A DNA stretch of 63,543 nucleotides, filler included, from Olpidium bornovanus S191 (taxonomy: Eukaryota; Fungi; Olpidiomycota): the NCBI GenBank assembly GCA_017911155.1. It is 30 parts of 30 records of this genome, joined end to end, with 100 filler letters (N's around TTAATTAATTAA, not from the genome) between each part and the next. Parts side by side here need not be neighbours in the genome. Positions count along the whole stretch, not along the records: positions 1 to 2,630 come from JAEFCI010009447.1; positions 2,731 to 5,593 come from JAEFCI010013455.1; positions 5,694 to 7,189 come from JAEFCI010009120.1; positions 7,290 to 9,213 come from JAEFCI010003108.1; positions 9,314 to 12,118 come from JAEFCI010011779.1; 25 more parts are not named here. One strand, written 5' to 3'. Under the pieces are notes generated by a model. That model did not search any database and was not told where the DNA came from. It was given only the letters and a program-made list of their open reading frames with translations. Below, piece by piece: positions 1 through 9,431 of this stretch. Every line of letters begins with the position of its first letter. Position 1 is the first letter of the stretch. Made by a program: the position numbers and the translations under genes.

Positions 1-515
1 CATGACCGCAGCATTCCGGTTTCGGTTGCTCGTCGCCGTCGTAATCAGCGTGGTCGTCTACGGAGCAGTTCTCGCCGCCTTCGACGTGACCGCAGCATTC
101 CGGTTTCGGTGGCTCGTCGCCGTCGTAGTCAGCGTGGTCGTCTACGGAGCACTTCTCGCCGCCTTCGACGTGACCGCAGCATTCCGGTTTCGGTTGCTCG
201 TCGCCGTCGTAGTCAGCGTTGTCGTCTACGGAGCACTTCTCGCCGCCTTCGACGTGGCCGCAGCATTCCGGTTTCGGTGGCTCGTCCCCGTCGTAGTCAG
301 CGTGCTTCTCGCCGCCGTCGGCGTGGCCGCCGCATTCCGGTTTTGCCAGCTCGCCGCCGTCGTAGTCAGCATGATGGAGGGCCTCGTCTTCAGAGCACTT
401 CTCGCCGCCTTCGGCGTGACCGCAGCGTTCCGGGTTCTCCGGCTCGTCGCCGTCGTAGACAGCGTGGTGGAGACCCTCGTCCACGGAGCACTTCTCGCCG
501 CCTTCGGCGTGATGG
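1..515 (-). repeat. Coding tandem repeat, 84-bp unit, about 6 copies (GGEKCSVDDHADYDGDEPPKPECCGHVE)
   Basis: Units start at 3, 87, 171 and 255 (period 84), then at 324 and 417 (69- and 93-bp variants). All length variants are multiples of 3, and the repeat is in frame with exon 3 of the natterin-like gene. Confidence 0.95.
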
Positions 516-2429
516 TCCTCGGCTTCCCACCATTCCGATTTCAAGTGCGACGCGAGGTCCAGCCTGAGACCATGGAGCAAATACGGCGACTCGCACTGGT
601 TTGTGCTAGGATTGCACTGTAGGTCTCCGCAGCAGTCTTTGTCGTACTTGCACTTGGCGCCGACGCACTGGCGTAAGTAAGTGTGGACGTGCTCGGCATG
701 AAGCAACTCGAGAGGCGGCTCGACGGGCGGGAAGAGGACGCCGGATTGGCACGTTCCCTGAACGCATTCGAGGTCTCCGCAGCAGTCCTTGCTCTGCTTG
801 CACTTCGCGCCTACGCAACCACCTTCCCAGTCGTGGTAATCCTTGTGCCAAGAGTGAACAAGGCCGATGGGGAAACAATCCGTGTCTACCGACCGGCGGA
901 TAACGTCAAAGCCGCGCAGAGTTCCGCCGATTTTCATAGAGAACGAAGTGCCGTCGTCCATGAAAAAGGTCTCGGTACCGGTCCACCGCACGACGAAGGC
1001 ATTCGCGACACGTTCTGTGACGTGAACGGTGCATTCGCTGCGCGGAGGTATTTCAAAGCTAGAGTGTGGGTGTTTCGCGTGGAGGGGAAGGAAGGGAAAC
1101 GGTCAGATAACATATTGGTACGGTCAATGGACGGCAATTATGTCCCAGCGCTGTTTCGGCTTCGTCCACTACAGTTACGGACATGTACATGCGCGCCCCG
1201 AGAGCCCAACGACCGTCAACGCGGCCGTGGCCACGTGTCGCGTGAAAAGGAAATCAAGCAGCACCGTCGCCGAACAAAAAAGCCCCGCTTACTTCAACGT
1301 CTCGTCGGGGGCCTTCAGCTCAAATTCACGCGTATCTTTGAACAACGAAAATTCCACGTCGAACGGCGCAGCGGCCTCTGCAGCGGGGTCGTCACCCCTG
1401 CTTACTTGGACGACTGTTTCCGCCCAATAGCCCAAATTGCTGTCCGCCTTGTACGTGTAGGCCCGGGTATTGAGAGAACGGGTCGCGAACTTGGGCTCGT
1501 TTTCGATGTTGATGTTGTTAAGGACGGGAGTGTGGTCGGTGACAGTGAGCTGCTCGGGGGTGAAGGAATCCCGGTCGATCACGAGGGAGACGAAGTTCGC
1601 CCTGGGCGCGAAGTGGAAGGCCAGCGCGTCGAGACCTCCGGCGTCGTTTCCGGAAATGCCGCAGATGAAGCCGCTGTGGACGTCGAGGATGCGGACGTCG
1701 TGGTTATGGTGCGCCGACGACGACCCTTCGGGCTCGTCGCCTTCGCTGGACCGCAAACGGAACGCGAACTTCCCGCCCGACGACGTCGCGAACGTGACGA
1801 CCCTCCCGCCGTCGGTGTGCTGGAGAACCGTGAGCCTCTCGTTGGGCTTGAAAGCGTGCGCGTTGTAACACCCTACGGGTTCCCCCGCGGCGAACTGCTC
1901 GCCGTCGTGGTACGTCAGGCGTACGCCGTTCAGGCCGTCGTGTCCCCAGACCTCGAGCTTCATAAGGGTGATGCCGTTTCGGCAGCCGTAGTGGGCGAAC
2001 GCGCCCAGGATCCCGTCACCGACCCTTTCGACGGCAACCTGCAGGCCGGCTGTGCTCCGGAGCAGGGGCCCGGCGAAGTGCTCATCCCCGTCGCGGTGGT
2101 TTCCCTTCCTGGCGTGCTTCCACTCGTCGTCGCGGACTTCGGGACCCGGCAAGCAAGTGGCGCCGTGGTGGACGTCCGGCTTGAGGTAACCATCTTTTTC
2201 CAGGGGGGGAGATTAAGGAAGAGAGAGGGAGGGACGCCCCGCGTGGACCGCGCGGAGTCAGAGAGACCAACTGCATAAGGAACGGCCCACCGGCAGGTTC
2301 CGCCCCGCACGTGTCCGTACCGTACGGAGTGGTGCCGCCGTGGCCGAACAGGCCGCCTCCCGGGCTAGGCGCGGCCGCGGCGCTGGCGAGAGCGGCCGCC
2401 CCGCAGAGAAGAAAAGCCGAACGCAGCAT
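1..2429 (-). CDS. Secreted natterin-like protein: jacalin-like lectin + aerolysin/ETX-MTX2-type module + 2 knottin-like modules + His/Cys/Asp tandem repeats (3' truncated)
   Basis: Exons are 2429-2291, 2193-1293 and 1058-<1. The introns are GTGGGC..AAAAG (phase 1) and GTAAGC..CTCTAG (phase 2), and the frames join without stops. Signal peptide: MLRSAFLLCGAAALASAAAA. Jacalin-like segments: AFAHYGCRNGITLMKLEVW and DVHSGFICGISGNDAGGLDALAFHF. Aerolysin-type C-terminal strands: ETLNFEIPPRSECTVHVTERVANAFVVRWTGTETFFMDDGTSFSMKIGGTLRGFDV. These resemble zebrafish Dln1/Aep1 as recalled from memory. Exon 3 is open to the contig edge. Confidence 0.8.
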
Positions 2430-2563
2430 ACGGTGGCGGCGGCGGCAAAGGCGGAGAGGAGGGCCAATGGGGACGGCGCACGGCCGGCGGAGAAACGCGG
2501 CATCGGCTCTTTTTAATATCTCGCTCGGACTGTGGGCGCCGGCGGCGGGCAGTGGCTAGAGAC

Positions 2564-2630
2564 GGGGGGGGGGGGGGGGGGGGAGGGGGGGGGGGGGGGG
2601 GGGGGGGGGGGCCGGGGGGGGGGGGGGGAG
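2564..2630. repeat. Poly-G tract at contig end (one example of many poly-G/C/A/T tracts at contig ends)
   Basis: Long G run. Similar runs occur at about 7125-7150, 13411-13498, 17948-18002, 21681-21730, 23315-23385 and 58486-58536. Run lengths are probably unreliable. Confidence 0.9.
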
Positions 2631-2730
2631 NNNNNNNNNNNNNNNNNNNNNNNNNNNNNNNNNNNNNNNNNNNNTTAATTAATTAANNNNNNNNNNNNNN
2701 NNNNNNNNNNNNNNNNNNNNNNNNNNNNNN
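2631..2730. other. Artificial contig-joining spacer N44-TTAATTAATTAA-N44 (first of 29)
   Basis: Identical 100-nt spacers with stops in all six frames start at 2631, 5594, 7190, 9214, 12119, 13311, 15455, 17840, 21581, 23210, 27123, 28594, 30468, 33320, 34852, 36463, 37619, 40704, 44780, 46847, 48333, 49939, 52539, 54110, 55538, 58376, 59486, 60901 and 62282. Confidence 0.99.
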
Positions 2731-2749
2731 CATGATATTACACGGTTGA

Positions 2750-3150
2750 GGACAAACAGATATAAATACGCGGTGCTCGCGTGAGAAGGTTGAGCAATTT
2801 TTGCGAAGGACGCCCTCTCCAGAGCAAACACTCGGTATCCATCAGCCGGTCCCTATTAGAGAACATTATTTGTTGATACAAGCCCCGTATTTGATTTTGC
2901 ACTGATAAAAGATAACTGCAAGCGAACGAGGTACAAGAATTCTATGTGTTGTTCAGCGTACGGATTCAGCATATTATTGCCTTTAATCTTGAAGCAAACG
3001 GCAAAGTCGAGCGGGACATCACACATTGATGGGCGCCCTCGTCAAAATGGCCAGATTTGAGTCTGCAGTGTGGGACGACCTATTGGTCTTCGCGGACTAA
3101 GGGCGGGCCGATTGGCGACGCACAAAACCACGGTGTTTGGGGTTCGTGGT
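2750..3150 (+). mobile_element. Decayed Ty3/gypsy integrase fragment
   Basis: Broken frames give YKYAVLA, EKVEQFFAKD, RIQHIIAFNLEANGKVERD (rve-type NGxVER motif) and VWDDLL, with stops and frameshifts. Confidence 0.55.
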
Positions 3151-4074
3151 CCTCGGTGCACAAAGCAACAGATACAGTCATCAATAATCTAACGCTGAGG
3201 ACCGCACGCTGGCATTGAGTGATATGACTAGCGCAGCAAGCAATCACCAATGTTCGGAACTGCGCGCAGCCTTAAAGTAGTTTAAGACCGGTAACGTTGA
3301 ACGAGGGCGTTGCAGCAAGTCTAATATCCGCAGTTCTGCCTTGCCTTGACGCGGAGATATTGATTTATTTTCATTCTAGACACAAAAAAATACTGAGATC
3401 TTATAGTTTTCTGGCCGGAAGTCGTCTAATTCCGTAAATATAATAGCAAAATTAGATGGATTCCATTAAGGAATCGAATGTATGGAAATTACTGCTTCCA
3501 GCGCTCTTGCTTTTGCCACCGCCGGGCGGAACGTTGCTGAAAGGTACACTCCGGAAAGACGAATACCAGATAACACACCAAAGGTCGACTCGAAAACAAT
3601 CCCACTTTTAGAACTACAGTAGAGGTGACCGCGGCGCTGTCTCCGAAAGCGCGGAGCTCGGCGAGGTGTACAGTGGAGCGAATACGTGATTTTTATGATT
3701 TGGGGTGGGGGGGAACATCGGTGATTGGGGATCAGGGACAAAAAGAATGGCACAAAAACATGATACACAGATCACCACGGGGAATCCTGTTGCTATCTCT
3801 GAGAGAGCGAAGCTCCCCGAGGTGCAGCAGTTTACTTCTTTCTTTTGTTAAGTGCCGTTGCGGGGGAATAATTGCACGGGAGGGGTGATGCGCGGGAAAG
3901 ATCATTTCCCCAAGTGCCATTCTCAAAGATGCGTTCACCCCAAACGCCACGGCGGAATTCCTAACTACCCTCCCCCCTCCGCAGATGCCCCGCGACTCCT
4001 GCCTCAGGAACACGACGAAAAGCGGTGTCCGCGACCGTTCCTTCCCCCCGTGACCCGCCGTCGGCCGGAAGAGC

Positions 4075-5593
4075 ATGGCGTCCACGACCCTGTCACCGTT
4101 TGGGAATGCCGTCGCCGGCGCGGGAGGCTCAGTCGTGGCTCTTGCTGCGGTGTACCCGCTGGACGTGTGAGCAGCAACTGTGTGGGGGTGCCGGGTTTTG
4201 CGGGCCTCGGGATCGACAACACGAGCACTTTTCTCCGATAGTCCGGGGCGTCGCTGGAGGGGGAACGACTGCGGAACACCCGCGCCTCAATCTCCCCGGA
4301 CTTACACCCTCCCTCTTCCGGCGCATTGGAAACACGCGGCCGTCTCTTGCAGAGTCAAGACCCGGTTACAAGTCCAAAATCGTCCGGCACAATCGGTGAA
4401 AGAGAACAACGGAAAGCCGTACCAGTCGACTTTGCACGAGCTCTTTTCCATTATCCGTTGCGATGGCCTCGCCGGTCTGTACGCGGGTCTCCCGGCCGGC
4501 CTTGTCGGCCAGGCGAGCACGAACTTCGCGTATTTCTATTTTTATTCCGCCATCCGAGGTGCCTACACAAAAAACAGGCAGGCCGAAAACGTGTTATCAA
4601 CCGCCGCGGAACTCCTTATTGGCGCTGGCGCGGGAGCACTAGGTACTGTGAACAGGACAGCACTCGGTTTGCGCAGGAACACTACGGGAACTCGCTCGTT
4701 TTTATTTCATTTTATTTTATTTTGCCGTTAAAGAGTGCGATCGCACCTTCGGAAGCTTGGGAAATGCCGTTTTGTACGACGCGCGCATACCAGTGCGACT
4801 GTGTACAGCCGATGTTGGCGCATATCCGCGAGACGTGTCGCCGGCGCCACAAACCTTCGAGATTTCGCAATAACGCTGAACATACGATGCACAACACCCT
4901 TCTCTCGTCGGTGCGCCACATGCTCTGCGGAAACTTTAAAAAAAACGCAATTCCTCTATACAGCTCAGATCTTCACCATCCCCGTCAGCGTCGTCGTTAC
5001 GCGCCAACAGACGATGCCATCGAATGAACGATTCGGCTTCGCGGAAACTTGGGCCCAGATCGTTCGCGAGGACGGGTACCGGGGTCTATGGAAAGGCCTC
5101 AAACCGTCGATGATACTCGTCTCTAATCCGGCGATCACGTATGGATTTTTTGAGAAGCTGCGATCCGTCATTGTCGCCCGCCAACGAGCCGTTGGCGTGG
5201 CCAATCCGGAGAAAGTGTCGACGCTGCAGTTGTTCCTTCTCGGCGTTCTATCGAAGAGCATCGCCACCATCGTCTGGTGAGGGACGCGTGGGGGACAATG
5301 AGGAAAGGGAAAAGTGAAAAGGAAAAGCTTGGACGAGGAAAGCAACACCGGGAGTATTCAAAATTTTGTTGCGTCACCAACGTTGTGGAGAAGACATTAT
5401 TTTCTTTTATCCGGTCAGAAAGCCACGACTAGTGGTTCTCACCTCGGTCTCAAATTTTGCCAGCTACCCCTACATTTACGCGAAGGTCAAGTTACAGTAC
5501 AGACCGCCAAGGGCTGAGAGGGAGGCCGCCGGATATAGAAAATATGAGAGCGCCATCGATGTTCTGAGTCGAACGCTTCGAAAAGAGGGCATG
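4075..5593 (+). CDS. ANT1: Peroxisomal adenine nucleotide carrier (ANT1/PMP47/SLC25A17-like, mitochondrial carrier family), spliced, 3' truncated
   Basis: MASTTLSPFGNAVAGAGGSVVALAAVYPLD|VKTRLQVQ, then GLYAGL..QASTNFAYFYFY, FTIPVSVVVTRQQT, GLWKGLKPSMILVSNPAITY and YPYIYAKVKLQ. Three carrier repeats with PX(D/E)XX(K/R)-like motifs. Confidence 0.85.
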
Positions 5594-6070
5594 NNNNNNN
5601 NNNNNNNNNNNNNNNNNNNNNNNNNNNNNNNNNNNNNTTAATTAATTAANNNNNNNNNNNNNNNNNNNNNNNNNNNNNNNNNNNNNNNNNNNNCATGCCG
5701 TGGACGTTGCGGACACCGCACCCACTCACCTGTCCGTGTGAGAAAAACCAGCAAGGTAAAAGGGCACTCCGCAGCGCGCAGCACCGGCTCGCGGTGTGGA
5801 CATCCCTCTCCCGTACAAGAAGGGGCGACGATGGACAACCGGCCGCCAGGACAGAAATCCGAACGGCGAGTTTCAGCCAACTGCCTAAAGAAAAACCGTT
5901 CCAGACGCCCAAAAACGAGCCCCTCTGCCCAGTTCTCCCACAGTCGCCTTTGCGTAGCAAAAGCCAGGTTTATCGCCGACCAGGGGGGAGAATGTCGTAG
6001 GACGCGAAAACGATGTTCAAGGTTTCTATTTCTTTTACCGCGCAATCACGAAAGCGGGCTAACGCTTTTG

Positions 6071-7089
6071 CTACTGCTTGGAGGAGCTCTTGGACTTGGA
6101 GGCGGAGTTAGACGAGCGGCGCTTGCGGATTTCGACCCGCTTCTCTTTCTTCTCCTTCAAGCGCTTGGCAAGCAGCTTGGCGTAATCGGCAGCAGCCTCC
6201 TTGGAAGCCTCGATCGCGCGGCGCTTGACGGCCTTCAGGTGACGCTTGCGCTGCAGGGTGCGCGGCGTGACGAGACGCTGGATCTTCGGCGCCTTCGTGT
6301 AGGGCTTGCGGTCAGGGTTCTTGGGCTGAACCTCGCGGCGAATGACGTACTTCCTGACGTCGTCCTTCTTGGACAAATTCTAAAACGGAAAACAAACACC
6401 GACGACCAACGCGGCGGCAAAATTTCGTCGTCAAAAACCGGGCGCCGCGGCGAACGGCACCAAGGGCGCGCCGCGGGCAAAAAAAACCGAAAGGAAAACA
6501 ACAAAAGCCGCCGAGTTGGGGGGGTGGGGGGCAAATACGCACAAACATCTTGCGGATCTTGGACGCCCTCTTGGGACCAAGGCGCTTGGGGATGGCGGTG
6601 TCGGTGACGCCGGGAATGTCCTGCTCCCCCTGCTTGACGATGACGAGGGAGATGACGGAAAGGTCCGGACCGACTATGCAGCCGCGCACGGACTTGCGCT
6701 TGCGCTCGCCGGTGCGGCGCGGCCGGTAGCACGAGTGACCCTTGGACAGCAACAGGCGGACGCGGTGGGGGACGAGCACGCCCTGCTTCATGGGGAAGCC
6801 CTGCTTGTCGTTGCCGCCGGTGATCCGGAATATGTAGCCCTTGAACTCGTCCCCGACGGAGTCGCCCGGGACCTCCTGCGACATGCGTTTGTCGTAGAAG
6901 ATGCGGCTGGAGCGTTGCGGCGCGCCTGTTAGCGTCGAAGCGGTGGTGGGTTGGGGAAGGCGCCGGGGGGCGGAGGGAGAAGTTTATGACGCGGAGCTCG
7001 TTGGCCCGTTCCCCGGACACTCACACTTTGCGCTCGTCATCGATGTCGAACGTCTTCTGGCAGCCGGTGGCCGGGTTCGCAATGTTGAG
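6071..7089 (-). CDS. RPS6: 40S ribosomal protein S6 (eS6), spliced, first micro-exon beyond the contig end
   Basis: [21 protein letters not shown]|[44 protein letters not shown]|..[20 protein letters not shown], stop at 6071. Confidence 0.97.
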
Positions 7090-7303
7090 CTGAGTCGGGG
7101 CGCGGAGGAAGTGGGTGGGAGCGGGGGGGGGGGGGGGGGGGGGGGGGGGCGGGGGGCGCGCGGGAATGCTTTCCTTTTTAGTTCGGAAGNNNNNNNNNNN
7201 NNNNNNNNNNNNNNNNNNNNNNNNNNNNNNNNNTTAATTAATTAANNNNNNNNNNNNNNNNNNNNNNNNNNNNNNNNNNNNNNNNNNNNCTTCGGGGGGG
7301 GGG

Positions 7304-7348
<45 letters not shown>

Positions 7349-7497
7349 CTTTTCTGACCAGGGGTCGCAGTCGCCCCTTCCGGTGTGTCCGGTTAGGAAA
7401 AAAAAAAAAAGAGAAAAAAAAAAAAAAAAAAAAAAAAAAACCGTCCGCGCCACGAACGGCAGGTGCTTGGCCACCCCAGCACGTGCGGGAACCGAGA

Positions 7498-9141
7498 ATG
7501 AGCGTGTTTCCCAAGGAAAACATCCGGGCCGTGGCAGAGGTAGTGCTGGGACCGCGGGGAAAAAAAAAAAAACAATAAAACCGACCGCGGCGCCTCTCTT
7601 CGCCCGACGAGGGCGGTGCTCGCGCGGAGAAGCGGCTTCGACCGTCGCTGGACGATGTGCTTTTCGCGACTGCTGACCGGTGTTTCTGCTGCCGGGGCTC
7701 GTTCGCGCTGTCCTGTTGCGCCGACCACGCTTTTGGACCTTTCGTGGCTTTCCTCTCTGTTGCGTCCTAGTCCATCGGCGTCGCCGTCAACGAGAATGTC
7801 TGCACAGCGCTGGCGCATGACGTCGACTACAGGTTGAACGAGGTCGTGCAGGTAAACCCTGGGAACCAACTGGAAGGGACGGAGACGGTTGGCTCTCAGC
7901 ATTGCCGGCAGCGGAACGACATCGGGCCCCAGCCGGCGAAAGGAGGAAACATGCGCTGGCACGGGGCGTTGTCCACACGCTGCTTTTCGTGGGGGCAATA
8001 CGCATTACCCACGGGCACGTTCGACCTGCACCCCCGTTTTCGCCGCCACGGTGGTGTGATAGGAGGCAATGAAGTTTATGAGGCACGCCAAGAGGACCCG
8101 GCTAAGTGTGGAAGACGTCAACAGCGCTTTGAGGCTGAAGAACGTTGAGGTGGGGAAGCGGTCACGTTTGATCTGGGTCGTCGGCAGAGCTGCGTACCGT
8201 CCGCACGTTTGATCTGGGTCGTCGGCAGAGCTGCGTACCGTCCGGGTTCTCTGAGACAAGTCGGTGCACATTTTCTCGACGGCCACCGCGGCGGCACGTT
8301 CTTCAGCCCGTGTACGGCTTCATGGGCGGCCACCCGCGGAAACTCCGAAAGGTTCCAACGTCGAGCATGGACCTGTTTTATTTGGAAGACGAGGAGTTGG
8401 ATTTTGACGCCATCCTGAGCGCCCCGTTGCCGGCTATTCCGCTCGACGTGACGTGGACTGGTAAATGGCCTTTTCTACTTTTACGTACACTGGCTTATAC
8501 GAAAACGAGTGTTTGGCAGTTTTGTTTTTTTTTTTGAACCTGCGCATAATGTCCTTTCCAAAAAATTACAGCCCATTGGCTTGCCGTGGAAGGCGTTCAA
8601 CCTGCAATACCACAGAACCCGGCGATTGTTGCTGACGGTACAGTAGCCTGCTAGTCAAATGCTGCCTCTTTATGGCCGTTACCCTGCAACCCAAGCCAGC
8701 TCAAGCGATGCTTCCCTTACCCCCGATCGCAGTGAAACCGAAGGTCCGACGGAAACCGGGCACTACAGCCGGTCCGGTCGCGACCACCGAAGTGGAGGTG
8801 AAGCCTCTTGTCAAGCACGTCCTCTCAAAGGAGCTCCAGCTCTACTACGAGCGCGTCTCCCAGGCAGTCCTTAGCCGAGATGACATTCTTCGGGGATTTG
8901 CGTTGACCAGCCTTTCGCAGGATCCGGGCCTCCACCAACTGGTACCATACTTTGTGCAGTTCGTTGCTGAGAAGGTGAGACACGTGCACGCAACTTGTAA
9001 ACGACACTGGTCACGTTTTTTTGACTCTTCATTAAATTTCGGCAGATCACACGAAACCTGAAGGACACTTTTATCCTGGATTGTATACTGGACATGCTGC
9101 AGGCGATGCTGAATAATTCGAATCTCTTTATCGAGCCATAC
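7498..9141 (+). CDS. TAF6: TFIID/SAGA subunit TAF6, spliced, 3' truncated
   Basis: MSVFPKENIRAVAE|SIG..DVDYRLNEVVQ|EAMKFMRHAKR..DVNSALRLKNVE|PVYGF; HWLAVEGVQPAIPQNP; KHVLSKELQLYYE; DPGLHQLVPYFVQF; NLFIEPY. Confidence 0.95.
8163..8244. repeat. Perfect 41-bp tandem duplication in a TAF6 intron
   Basis: CACGTTTGATCTGGGTCGTCGGCAGAGCTGCGTACCGTCCG occurs at 8163 and 8204. Confidence 0.9.
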
Positions 9142-9431
9142 GTGAGACAGCAAGCGAGTAAATTCCGGTTTTCATTATTGCGGAACGTCTGATGTCACTC
9201 AAACCTTGAACCANNNNNNNNNNNNNNNNNNNNNNNNNNNNNNNNNNNNNNNNNNNNTTAATTAATTAANNNNNNNNNNNNNNNNNNNNNNNNNNNNNNN
9301 NNNNNNNNNNNNNACGTGCCGACAACCGGGGGTATCTCCAACCGGCTTGTTATTGTTGGCTGGAAAAAATTGACGCGCGCGCTGCCTGGAACGCTTCGTG
9401 ACACTTAATAGAACACCTAGAGCAGGCAATC

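Noticed and set aside
1-515. 84-bp repeats as a CRISPR array
   Set aside because: There are no unique spacers and no cas genes; the units are contiguous, codon-preserving and eukaryotic.
2-622. Hydrophobic repeat ORF resembling a multi-pass membrane protein
   Set aside because: It is the antisense read of the natterin-like exon 3, whose minus-strand frame continues into the knottin and aerolysin segments.
1050-1170. Extra small exon (WTKPKQRWDIIAVH) inside toxin intron 2
   Set aside because: No donor/acceptor combination kept the frame. The single 234-nt intron joins in phase and restores the Dln1-like ETLxFEIPP junction.
683-2278. 531-aa plus-strand ORF
   Set aside because: An antisense shadow of the GC-rich minus-strand gene with no recognisable domain. 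The same applies to 5738-6607, 53497-54090 and 56321-57328.
7290-7440. Poly-Lys, -Phe, -Pro and -Gly ORFs throughout the ORF track
   Set aside because: They are translations of homopolymer tracts in introns or at contig ends.
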